Shown: positions 16,302 through 24,575 of the stretch, piece by piece
How positions within the stretch are numbered: position 1 is the stretch's first letter
How the letters are laid out: each line of letters begins with the position of its first letter
NCBI GenBank assembly: GCA_038842485.1
Contig: JAWBSP010000016.1
Span: forward strand, 1-26,898
Source: Candidatus Hadarchaeales archaeon
GTDB taxonomy: Archaea > Hadarchaeota > Hadarchaeia > Hadarchaeales > JAWBSP01
Direction of reading: 5' to 3'
Length of the DNA stretch: 26,898 bases
The notes under the pieces: model-generated
The model's input: only the letters and a program-made list of their open reading frames with translations
What the model was told of the DNA's origin: nothing
Database searches by the model: none
Position numbers and translations under genes: made by a program

Positions 16302-17387
16302 CTAGTCCAGAAAATCGCGGTTCCGTATCTTTTCGGGCAGGTACTGATCCGAGATGAAGGTGATCCCCTTGGAGGAAAGGGCGGCAAGCTCAACTTTTGC
16401 TTTAAGCTGCTTCATGAGCTTGAACTGCCTCTGCCACTCCTTATTGTTTTTGAACCACTCGTACTTGGTTATCTGTTCGAGCCTCCTCATGTCCACCTCC
16501 TCGAATTTTATAAAATGTCTCTTCAGGTCGTACTTTTCGATGTCATCCGCGGTTAGCCCCAAGAACTTTGCCCCCGGGATGGCCAGCTTCTCCGAGATAT
16601 GGGCCAGCCCGATGGATCCGAACTTCAGCACGGAATATATGTAAAAACCCCAGGGATCAAAATCGGTCAGCACGTAAATCGGCAGCCCGTGTTCCAGATG
16701 GAGTCTCTGGAGCAACCTCCTCACCCCCCGCGTGGCCTGCCCCTGGCTGCACACAATGACGCAGTTGAGCTTCTCCCAAACCCTGTCCTCGTGCAGCCTC
16801 TCCCACTCGGCCGCTTTTTCCATGTAGATCACGAACTTCGCCTTGACTTTCCTGAAGATTATTTCCTCCACATTGCTTGGGATGGACCAGCCACCCGAAC
16901 CCAGTTTCGACCAGTCCACCACGTCCCCCTTATCCTCTATCACCACCTCCCCCGCAACCGAACCCATCTTGTTGGCGTTGAAGTGCAGCATCTCCCTCGA
17001 GAAACCGGTGATGAGCTCGAGATCCTCTATGGCCAGGTTTGATTCCGTCTGGTCGTCCACGAGATTTATATCGGAGCCTGGGAGGGTCCGCTTCATGGTA
17101 TAGAAGGCCTCTCTAAGGCTCAGGTGTTTGTTTGCCTCTCTGAGCTCCTTGCTCAGGGCCGCCACACCCATGGTCTGGACGAACTTTCTCACGTGAGCGA
17201 TGTTGAAGAAGTAGCGCTTGGCCTTCTCCTCCCCGAGCTCCAGCATCCGCGTTTCAGGGTTGTACTTCACATTTGAGAGAGATCTTATGGGGACCTCAAG
17301 GGAGGGATTTTCCCCCCTTTCTATCTCTTGCAGGATGCTCTGTCCCAGTTGCCTCAGGGCCGCGATTACCTCATCCTTTTCCTTCAT
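16302..17387 (-). CDS. top6A: DNA topoisomerase VI subunit A
   Basis: SLREAFY (catalytic Tyr), DQTESN..IEDLE, Toprim EK..GQ..DFDPWG and KVELAAL. Confidence 0.97.
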   Translation of the reverse strand: MKEKDEVIAALRQLGQSILQEIERGENPSLEVPIRSLSNVKYNPETRMLELGEEKAKRYFFNIAHVRKFVQTMGVAALSKELREANKHLSLREAFYTMKRTLPGSDINLVDDQTESNLAIEDLELITGFSREMLHFNANKMGSVAGEVVIEDKGDVVDWSKLGSGGWSIPSNVEEIIFRKVKAKFVIYMEKAAEWERLHEDRVWEKLNCVIVCSQGQATRGVRRLLQRLHLEHGLPIYVLTDFDPWGFYIYSVLKFGSIGLAHISEKLAIPGAKFLGLTADDIEKYDLKRHFIKFEEVDMRRLEQITKYEWFKNNKEWQRQFKLMKQLKAKVELAALSSKGITFISDQYLPEKIRNRDFLD

Positions 17388-18900
17388 TTAAAAATCTCTC
17401 CAGCCTGCTGATTATCTCCTCCTTGGGTTTTCCCGTTAGCTTTTCCACCGACTCAGCGAGCTCTGGAATATATCTCTCAAAGAGCCCGATTTTGATCTGT
17501 CTCTCCCTCATCTTTCTTTTCCTGGCGAGGTACTCTGACAGTCTCCTCCCGGCATCTTGGAGGGCGAGCTTGGCCTCTCTCAGAATTTCTGGATAACTGG
17601 CGATTGCCTGTTTGCCCTCGGTGGTGAAGGGAACCCACACGGAGACGAAGTGCAGGAGGATGATCATCGGTGCCTTGGGGAAGCCGTCTTGGGGAATCCC
17701 GTATCTCCTCCAGTCCACCTCCCTAACTGCTGAGGTAAGGGCACACTCCCCCTGATGGTACAGCAGGGGCGTTCGGTTGGCGAACCTGAAAAGTTGGAAA
17801 TCTTGAAGCTCTCCCCCATAAGCTATACCGCACTCGATCTGGAACGGATAACCCCTGTATGTGCTTGGGGGTCTGCTTACGGCTACATATTTTTCGCCCT
17901 TGAACTCCCTCTTCATCCCCTCTAGGAGCATTTCCTCGCCCAGAGGGGAGAGGCAGTCGGTTGGGGGGGCCATGAGTTTGATCGACTGAAGTGCTTTGTG
18001 AAGGCGCACGACCTCCTCGCTGCTGAGCTGCTGGGGGGAGGATTCGGGATTGATTCCCGCGGCCCTGCATGCCTCCAATGCCGACTTCCTGCCCACTCTC
18101 GAAAACTCGGTGGTGAGGAATCCCGTGAGAGTTCTTGCGGAGGTGCTGATGAGCATCCTCCTCAGCCTTCCCAGCTCGATCCCGTAGGGATGGGGTTTGA
18201 TCTCCTTGGGCAGGGGTGGGAGTTCCTCCACCCTTCTCTTGTACACGAGGCTCGTCCCGTTTGGTCCCTTAAAGTATATGCTGGCGAAGGGATTGACCAT
18301 CGCGGTTTGTCTTATATATTCGGGGACTGACTGGGTGGCTTTTTCTATAAATCTCCCTTCCACCTCCAGTTCCAGTTTCACCCCGTGCCAGCCATTAGGG
18401 TTGTCGAGAGTCCGGTGGGAAATCACCTCCGGCTCATTTTTCGCAACATCTATCATCAGCTCGAACTCGTGGATGGGATCCTTGCCACCCAGGCTCGTGA
18501 CCACCTTGGCAGGCTTTCCGGTCGTGAGCTGGGCATACAGAACGGCTCCATGAATTCCCACGCCCATCAGACCCCGGTACTGCTTGAGCCGGTGGAACTT
18601 GCTTCCAACCAGGAACTTGGCGAAGGTCATGGGAACCTTGGAGGCGGGCAGGCCCGGCCCGTTGTCTTCAACCACCACCCTGAACCTATCCTCCTCGAGC
18701 TGCTGGAGTTCGATTTTTATTTCGGGCAGGATTCTGGCATCCTCGCAGGCGTCGGCCGAGTTCTCCACCGCCTCCTTTATCACCGTGAGGAGGGATCTTG
18801 TGGGGTTCTCGTACCCGAGCAGGTGCCTGTTTTTCTCGAAGAACTCGGCGACCGAGATCTCCCTTATCTTCTCAGCCAGCTCCTCACCCGTCGCCGCCAT
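17371..18900 (-). CDS. top6B: DNA topoisomerase VI subunit B
   Basis: EISVAEFFEKN, KEAVENSADAC, VEDNGPG, GSKFH...RGLMGVG (GHKL ATPase), KPHPYG and RFANRTPLLY. Confidence 0.97.
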   Translation of the reverse strand: MAATGEELAEKIREISVAEFFEKNRHLLGYENPTRSLLTVIKEAVENSADACEDARILPEIKIELQQLEEDRFRVVVEDNGPGLPASKVPMTFAKFLVGSKFHRLKQYRGLMGVGIHGAVLYAQLTTGKPAKVVTSLGGKDPIHEFELMIDVAKNEPEVISHRTLDNPNGWHGVKLELEVEGRFIEKATQSVPEYIRQTAMVNPFASIYFKGPNGTSLVYKRRVEELPPLPKEIKPHPYGIELGRLRRMLISTSARTLTGFLTTEFSRVGRKSALEACRAAGINPESSPQQLSSEEVVRLHKALQSIKLMAPPTDCLSPLGEEMLLEGMKREFKGEKYVAVSRPPSTYRGYPFQIECGIAYGGELQDFQLFRFANRTPLLYHQGECALTSAVREVDWRRYGIPQDGFPKAPMIILLHFVSVWVPFTTEGKQAIASYPEILREAKLALQDAGRRLSEYLARKRKMRERQIKIGLFERYIPELAESVEKLTGKPKEEIISRLERFLNEGKG

Positions 18901-18901
18901 C

Positions 18902-18918
18902 GTTACATTTGTTGTAAC
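18902..18918. promoter_or_regulatory. Inverted repeat between TATA box and top6B start
   Basis: GTTACA-TTTGT-TGTAAC immediately upstream of ATG 18900. A minus-strand CTTAATAG TATA-like element lies at about 18922-18929. Confidence 0.45.
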
Positions 18919-19053
18919 ATACTATTAAGCCAGCTGAATTTTCTTCGCCTTTCACCGTTGATCTCTTTTATCGGTGTTTTTAAGGAGAAAAAGGGGTTTT
19001 GCCCCAACTTCAGGGAACGAAAAATAGATTGGGGTTCCCAAGGTGGAAAACCT

Positions 19054-19416
19054 TCAGTTCGGCTTGTAATAGCAGATCTGGAGTTTCTCGTCGTAAACCT
19101 TGGGCTCCGGAAGCCGCCTCGCCTCCTCGGGTGAGATCCCGTCCACCCTCTGCCAGCCGTGCATCAAGGCGTTGGCGCGCATGCCGACGTCGATCTTGCG
19201 GAGGCAGAGGGCCATCTCCTTTTGAAGATCGTAAATCTCCTCTAAGATTTTCTGATTCTGGCGAGCAAGCCCCCTGATTTCCTCCAAAATTCTCTGGTTA
19301 GAATCCAGAATCCGTTGGTTAGAGCGGAGAATGTTCTGGGTCGAGCGGGTGGTGATGAGCTGGGCGGCTATGATGGAGATGCCCAAGCCGAGGAGGCTTA
19401 CGAATTCCGCCATCAT
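19054..19416 (-). CDS. Membrane-anchored coiled-coil hypothetical protein (multicopy family)
   Basis: Hydrophobic N-terminus (FVSLLGLGISIIAAQLI) and heptads STQNILR/SNQRILD/SNQRILE/EIRGLAR/QNQKILE. The C-terminus is duplicated at 1-88. Confidence 0.85.
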   Translation of the reverse strand: MMAEFVSLLGLGISIIAAQLITTRSTQNILRSNQRILDSNQRILEEIRGLARQNQKILEEIYDLQKEMALCLRKIDVGMRANALMHGWQRVDGISPEEARRLPEPKVYDEKLQICYYKPN

Positions 19417-19551
19417 ATTCTTTCCCTCTCTGTCTAATTTGCCAGCGGTTTCCTTTTAAAGAGGAAAAAGGCTTTCCCTTAGAAGTAAGGACGAGCACCG
19501 AACAACTCGATTTTCGGCGATCTTCCGATAAGTAATCAAGCGAAAGGAAAG

Positions 19552-21270
19552 ATGAGGTATTCTGTTCTGGCGGAGGCGTTTGAGAAGCTGGAGCAGACCT
19601 CCTCCTATCTCCAGAAAAATGCCCTGATTGTGGATCTCCTGAAAAAAACTCCCAAGGAGGAAATCCGAAGGGTGATATATCTCCTGCTGGGGAGACCCTG
19701 GCCAACCTATATTTCAAAGGAAACCGGGGTCGGCCCGCAGCAGCTCAAGAAGGCACTCTCACTCGCCTCCGGGTACACGCTGCAAAAGGTGGAGGAACTC
19801 ATGAGAGAGGTGGGGGACTTTGGAAAACTTGCCTTCCAGCTCCTCTCCAAGAAAAAGCAGGTCACTCTCTTTTCCAAACCCCTGACGGTCCAGGAGGTTT
19901 TTGATACCATCTCCTCTCTTCCAGAAATCACAGGGGAGGGCTCGGTGGACAGGAAGATTGCAGAGGTTTCCAAGCTTCTCTCCTCCGCTAGCCCCCTTGA
20001 GGCCAAGTTCGTCGTCAGGACGGTTCTGGGGGATCTGAGGATAGGTGTGGCCGAGGGGAGGCTCAGGGATGCCATCGCCACTGCCTTTGGACTTGCGCCG
20101 GAAGAGGTGGAGCACGCGTACATGCTGACCACCGACTACGCCCTGGTGGCAGAGGCCGCGGCGAAAGGTAGGGAGGAGCTGCAGAAACTTGGTGTCACCG
20201 TGGGGCATCCCGTGAGTCCCATGCTCGCACAGAGGGCCGAGGACTTGGATGAAATCTTGGAAAGGCTTGGGGGGAAGGGGGCATTTGAGCTCAAGCTCGA
20301 CGGGATAAGGATCCAGGCCCACAAGGACGGGCAGAAGGTCTGGCTCTTCACCCGAAGGATGGAGGATTACACAAGCATGTTTCCAGATTTAATAGATCCC
20401 ATAAGAAGGTCCCTCAAACCGGAGCAGGCCATTGTGGATGGGGAGCTGGTGGCGGTGGATCCCAGAACGGGTAAGCCCATGCCCTTCCAGGAGGTGCTGA
20501 AGCGGAGGAGGAAATATGATATCGAGAAGGTCTCAAAGGAAATCCCCATCAGGTATTATCTCTTCGACGTTCTGCTCTTGGGGGACAGGTGCCTGATAGA
20601 TCTCCCGTACACGGAGAGGAGGAAGTTGCTCGAGCAGGCAGTCACGGAAATCCCTGAAAAGGTGATGGTGGTCGAGCAGCTTGTCACGGGGGACAGGAAG
20701 CAGATAGAGGAGTTCCTCAACAAGTCCATCCAGATGGGGCACGAGGGGCTGCTGGCCAAGGCCCTCAATTCGACTTACAGGGCTGGGCGAAGGGAATTCG
20801 TCTGGCTGAAGCTGAAACCCGTGCTCGAGACGCTGGATCTGGTGGTGGTCGGAGCTCTCTACGGGAAGGGGAAGCGGGCGGGCGTTTGGGGGAGCTACGT
20901 GCTGGCGGCTAGGGACGAGGACACGGGGAGGTTCAAGACGGTGACCAAGTGCGGGAGCGGGTACACCGATGAGGACCTGAAGAACCTCACGGAGATGCTC
21001 AAGCCCCTGCGCTTGGAGAGACCCAGCGATGAGGTGGATATAGAGATCGACTGCGATGCCTACTTCGAGCCAAAGGTGGTTTTTGAGACCTCCTTCGAGG
21101 AGATACAGGTCAGTCCAGAAGAGAAGCACACCTCTGGATTTGGTTTCAGGTTCCCCCGCTTCATCAGGGTGAGGGAGGACAGGGGGCCGGAGCAGGCGAG
21201 CACGGTTCAGGAAATAGCTGAACTCTTCGAGCTGCAGGAAAGAAGGAAAGCCAAGCATCTCTCCAAATAG
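19552..21270 (+). CDS. lig: ATP-dependent DNA ligase
   Basis: PMLAQ, motif I ELKLDGIR, VDGELV, LFDVL, HEGLLAK, WLKLK and FRFPRFIRVREDR. Confidence 0.97.
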   Translation: MRYSVLAEAFEKLEQTSSYLQKNALIVDLLKKTPKEEIRRVIYLLLGRPWPTYISKETGVGPQQLKKALSLASGYTLQKVEELMREVGDFGKLAFQLLSKKKQVTLFSKPLTVQEVFDTISSLPEITGEGSVDRKIAEVSKLLSSASPLEAKFVVRTVLGDLRIGVAEGRLRDAIATAFGLAPEEVEHAYMLTTDYALVAEAAAKGREELQKLGVTVGHPVSPMLAQRAEDLDEILERLGGKGAFELKLDGIRIQAHKDGQKVWLFTRRMEDYTSMFPDLIDPIRRSLKPEQAIVDGELVAVDPRTGKPMPFQEVLKRRRKYDIEKVSKEIPIRYYLFDVLLLGDRCLIDLPYTERRKLLEQAVTEIPEKVMVVEQLVTGDRKQIEEFLNKSIQMGHEGLLAKALNSTYRAGRREFVWLKLKPVLETLDLVVVGALYGKGKRAGVWGSYVLAARDEDTGRFKTVTKCGSGYTDEDLKNLTEMLKPLRLERPSDEVDIEIDCDAYFEPKVVFETSFEEIQVSPEEKHTSGFGFRFPRFIRVREDRGPEQASTVQEIAELFELQERRKAKHLSK

Positions 21271-21359
21271 AGACAAGGGAGAAAACCGATAAAAGGGATA
21301 AAAAGGATAAAACCGATAAAATAGATAAAAGAGAGAAAAGGGGTAAAATGGAGAAAACG
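21270..21359 (+). repeat. Tandem 9-bp direct repeat array, consensus GA(T/G)AAAANN, 10 units
   Basis: GAGACAAGG GAGAAAACC GATAAAAGG GATAAAAAG GATAAAACC GATAAAATA GATAAAAGA GAGAAAAGG GGTAAAATG GAGAAAACG. The array fills the whole lig-HTH intergenic gap and contains the ATG at 21348. Confidence 0.9.
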
Positions 21360-21782
21360 CTCAAAATGAAGGAGGCCGCCAGTTTCCTAGGGGTCTCACC
21401 CTCAACTCTAAGAAAATGGTGTGAGGCGAGAAAGATAAGGTTCGTCCGCACTCTCGGGGGAAAGTACAGGATCCCAGAAGGGGAGGTTCTCCGGCTTCAG
21501 AGGGAGATGGGTCTTTCCACTCAGGCATCGGACCGGGAGATCTTGGAGAGCCTCAACCCCGAGGACATGGTTAAAAGGAAGATTTTTGGGGAGCTCCTGG
21601 ACGTAGTCCGGCAGGAGAACACCGAGTTCTCGCCGAGCACTCTTGCGCAGGGGACGGGCTTTCCACTGGAATACTGTCTGGAGTTCTGCCGTAGACTTAA
21701 GGAGGCAGGAGTGGTTGAGGTGGTTGGAACCCCTCGCCCCAAGGCATCACCCGAGGAGGTCACCTATAGGTTGAGAAGATGA
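21348..21782 (+). CDS. MerR-like/excisionase (HTH_17, BldC/IS607-type) DNA-binding domain fused to a C-terminal winged helix
   Basis: LKMKEAASFLGVSPSTLRKW...IRFVRTLGGKYRIP. The C-terminal FSPSTLAQGTGFPLEYCLEFCRRLKEAGVVEVV...TYRL fits a wHTH pattern. Confidence 0.85.
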   Translation: MEKTLKMKEAASFLGVSPSTLRKWCEARKIRFVRTLGGKYRIPEGEVLRLQREMGLSTQASDREILESLNPEDMVKRKIFGELLDVVRQENTEFSPSTLAQGTGFPLEYCLEFCRRLKEAGVVEVVGTPRPKASPEEVTYRLRR

Positions 21783-22567
21783 GGAACCCCTTCGTCCTCA
21801 ACCCTACTAGGCTCGAAATGGGGAGGATCTTGGCGCCCGTGCACGAGGAGGTTCTGAAGAGGGTGATAAGGGACATTCGCGCCGGGGGTCTGGTGGTGTT
21901 GACGGGGGAGCCGGGGGTGGGGAAGACCACGCTGCTGCAGAGGATTGAGAGGGAGCTGGTGAGGGAGAGGAATCCGTGCGCGGTTCCGGTGCTGGTTCCC
22001 TGCGGAGCTCTCGTGAAGGGGGAGGAGGATTTGATGAGGATGCTTCTGTCTGGTCTCTATCTGGATGCGAGCGGGCAGGGGATGGAACTGTACAGAAAAT
22101 TGAGGGAGCTTCCCAAGGCTGGGGAGAGGGTGGTCGCTCTTCTGGACGACATCACTGCCGTTCCCCTTTCCCCCCGTGCTCTCGGCGAGACGGTGCGGAT
22201 GATTTCGGACCTACCCAACTTCTCGGTGGTTTTGGCGGGAGAACCCGAACCCATGCAGAGGATGCTGAGGCTGAACCGGCCCTTGGCGACGAGGGTGCTG
22301 AGCAAGCAGAAACTCGGTCGGGCAAAGCTAGAGGAGGTAAAACTCATGCTTCAGCGCAGGGCGGAGCTGGTTTCGCTGAAGGTTTCGCCACGCGCTGCCG
22401 CTCTTCTGTGGAGGGCAGGGAAGGGAATCCCGAGAGAGGTTCTGAAACTTGCCATGCAGGCATTTGAGAGAACCCAAGAGAGGCGGGTTTCGTTTGAAAG
22501 AGCGGTGGAGGAGATTACAAGAAGGCGGAGATCCAAAAGAAAATGGCACCTGCGGGAAAGGAGATGA
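21779..22567 (+). CDS. ExeA/TniB-like AAA+ ATPase
   Basis: N-terminal NPF, Walker A GEPGVGKT, Walker B VVALLDD, VVLAG, PLATRV (Arg finger) and GIPREV (sensor 2). ATGA overlap with the upstream gene. Confidence 0.8.
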   Translation: MRNPFVLNPTRLEMGRILAPVHEEVLKRVIRDIRAGGLVVLTGEPGVGKTTLLQRIERELVRERNPCAVPVLVPCGALVKGEEDLMRMLLSGLYLDASGQGMELYRKLRELPKAGERVVALLDDITAVPLSPRALGETVRMISDLPNFSVVLAGEPEPMQRMLRLNRPLATRVLSKQKLGRAKLEEVKLMLQRRAELVSLKVSPRAAALLWRAGKGIPREVLKLAMQAFERTQERRVSFERAVEEITRRRRSKRKWHLRERR

Positions 22568-23190
22568 GGATAGTAATTTTCGGCCCCCCTGGTGCGGGGA
22601 AGGGGACGCTTGCTCAAATTCTCTCCTCTTCGCTGGGCACCCCCCACCTGGACATGGGGGAGCTACTCAGAACGGAGGTAAAGAGTGGAACCAGAATCGG
22701 GCGTGAGGTGGAGTCCTACCTGAGGGAGGGGAAGCTGGTTCCAGACGAGCTCGTGATGGAGGTGCTGCGCGGTAGGCTGGGGGGCAGTGCAAGCGGTTAT
22801 ATCTTGGACGGTTTCCCGAGGAACCTGAAGCAAGCGCGCATGCTGGAGGAAATCGCGCCCCCAGAGCTGGTGGTCAGCCTCTCGGTTTCTGAGGAGACGG
22901 CTATTCGGAGGCTCTCTACTAGGAGAACGTGCCGGAAGTGTGGTGCCATCTACAATCTTCTGACCTCACCGCCAAAGAGGGAGGGGATATGCGATCTCTG
23001 CGGCGGGGAGCTTTACCAGAGAGAGGATGACAAACCGGAGGTCATAGCACACAGATTCAGGGTGTACGAGGAGCAGACCCGGCCACTTCTCGACTACTAC
23101 AGGTCCCGAGGGATTTTGGTCGAGTTCGATGGGGAGGAGGAAAAGGAAAAGATAGCATCACAGCTACTTCAGGCAAGGAAGCTCAAGTAA
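22564..23190 (+). CDS. adk: Adenylate kinase (bacterial type, Zn-binding LID)
   Basis: GPPGAGKGT, GKLVPDE, YILDGFPR, CRKC..CDLC and QREDDKPE. ATG 22564 overlaps the TGA of the ATPase gene. Confidence 0.95.
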   Translation: MRIVIFGPPGAGKGTLAQILSSSLGTPHLDMGELLRTEVKSGTRIGREVESYLREGKLVPDELVMEVLRGRLGGSASGYILDGFPRNLKQARMLEEIAPPELVVSLSVSEETAIRRLSTRRTCRKCGAIYNLLTSPPKREGICDLCGGELYQREDDKPEVIAHRFRVYEEQTRPLLDYYRSRGILVEFDGEEEKEKIASQLLQARKLK

Positions 23191-23219
23191 AATTTTACCC
23201 TCGTCAAAACCGGTGAACC

Positions 23220-24527
23220 CTACAAGAGAGACAGGAAGAGCGGAAGGGACAGTAAGTTTCTCTCTCGGTCGAGTTCCTCGCCCAAGCAGAAAACGTTCCC
23301 TATTTTACCGATTCTCATTTTGGAGTAGTCTGCCCCCTCGCGCGATTTAACCTCGAAACCGGCCAGCTCCTCCTTCCTCTTGGCAATAATGTCGATTTCT
23401 CTCCAGTTTTTCCAGTAAAAGGCCTCAAACCTTCTGGCTAGGTGGGAGGCAACCACGCTTTCCAGTACCACGCTTTCTTCAGGGATTTTGCTCAGGCAAA
23501 CGTCGGAGAAAAGATCGAAGAAAAGGGGGTCCATGAAGTGAATTTTTCTATTTTTCCTGAAACTTGCGAGGAGCCTGTTTGGATCGAGGTGGTACAGGAC
23601 TTTTACAATATAGAGTTTCTCCATGATGTCCAGGTATTCGAAGGCGGTTTTGTGGGTGCCGATTTCAAATTCTTTTGCAATGGAGTTCAGGCTCAGGGAC
23701 GAGGGTGCCTTCTCCAAGATGGCCTTCGCCACCCTCCTGAAGGTTTCCTCGCTCCTCCCTATTTTTGCAAGGTCCACCCTTATCCAGTTCCAGTAAGTTT
23801 CCCTTATACTATCGGTTATTCCTCCTTCCCTCACCGGCAAGGGAAAACCACCCGTTTTTACGTATTTTTCGAACAGTTCTTCGATTTTTCCTAGGTGGGG
23901 AAGACTCGAATAGGATTTCTCAAAAATCTCGGTTTTTCCCAAGCCTTCGAGCCTTGGAAGTTCGATTTCTGGGCAGAGGACTTTTACATATTCCCTGAAA
24001 GAAAGGGGAAGCATGACCAGATCTTTGCCCCTTCTTCCGGGAAAGAGCTCGACCTCTTTCTTCAGATACATGCTGAGCGAACCGGTGACGATTACAACGT
24101 CTCCCTTGAATTCTCCAACGTCGATGTAGTACTTCACCGTCCTGAACCATTCGGTTGGAAAAGTGATTTCGTCCAGAAGGATGTAGGAGCTGGAAATTCC
24201 TCGACTTTTCCTGAATTCAAAATACGCCTTCAAAACTTCATCAAGCTCCTTGTAGTCCGCCAGTTTCTCGCACTTGAAGTAGAAGATCCTCTCCGGTTCA
24301 ATTCCCTTTGAGAGGAGTTTTCTCACGAGAAGTTTCAACAGGGTGGTCTTGCCCACCTGCCTCGGACCGAAGACAAAGTTGAGGGAAAAGGGTTCAAGTG
24401 GAAGCTCGCTTAGGAGGAGTGGTTCCCATCTGATCTTTGCCTCCCTCCACTTCAGGAAATCCTCATCTTTTTCGAGTCCATCCTTTTCGGTCCACCAAGG
24501 ATTGAGCCTGCAAATGCCTTCAAACAT
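23220..24527 (-). CDS. AAA_14 ATPase with DUF4143-like C-terminal region
   Basis: NPWW, GPRQVGKTT, LLDEI, VTGS, FPGR, PLSFREY, TGGFP and EIDII...FEVK. ATG at 24527 preferred. Confidence 0.9.
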   Translation of the reverse strand: MFEGICRLNPWWTEKDGLEKDEDFLKWREAKIRWEPLLLSELPLEPFSLNFVFGPRQVGKTTLLKLLVRKLLSKGIEPERIFYFKCEKLADYKELDEVLKAYFEFRKSRGISSSYILLDEITFPTEWFRTVKYYIDVGEFKGDVVIVTGSLSMYLKKEVELFPGRRGKDLVMLPLSFREYVKVLCPEIELPRLEGLGKTEIFEKSYSSLPHLGKIEELFEKYVKTGGFPLPVREGGITDSIRETYWNWIRVDLAKIGRSEETFRRVAKAILEKAPSSLSLNSIAKEFEIGTHKTAFEYLDIMEKLYIVKVLYHLDPNRLLASFRKNRKIHFMDPLFFDLFSDVCLSKIPEESVVLESVVASHLARRFEAFYWKNWREIDIIAKRKEELAGFEVKSREGADYSKMRIGKIGNVFCLGEELDRERNLLSLPLFLSLL

Positions 24528-24546
24528 TGATATTCTAAATATCAAT
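24526..24546. promoter_or_regulatory. Palindromic operator at the ATPase start
   Basis: Perfect 9-3-9 inverted repeat ATTGATATT-CTA-AATATCAAT between ATTTAAAT (24549-24556) and ATG 24527. Confidence 0.65.
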
Positions 24547-24575
24547 AGATTTAAATATTACTGCTATCCCCAATA

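Noticed and set aside
18946-18975. ACCGATAAAAGA-like match to the 9-bp repeat upstream of top6B (minus strand)
   Set aside because: Only one good unit in an A-rich promoter region, which could easily be chance.
21348-21782. IS607 transposase TnpA
   Set aside because: It has the MerR-like DNA-binding domain but no serine recombinase catalytic motif (YxRVS), and there is no tnpB.
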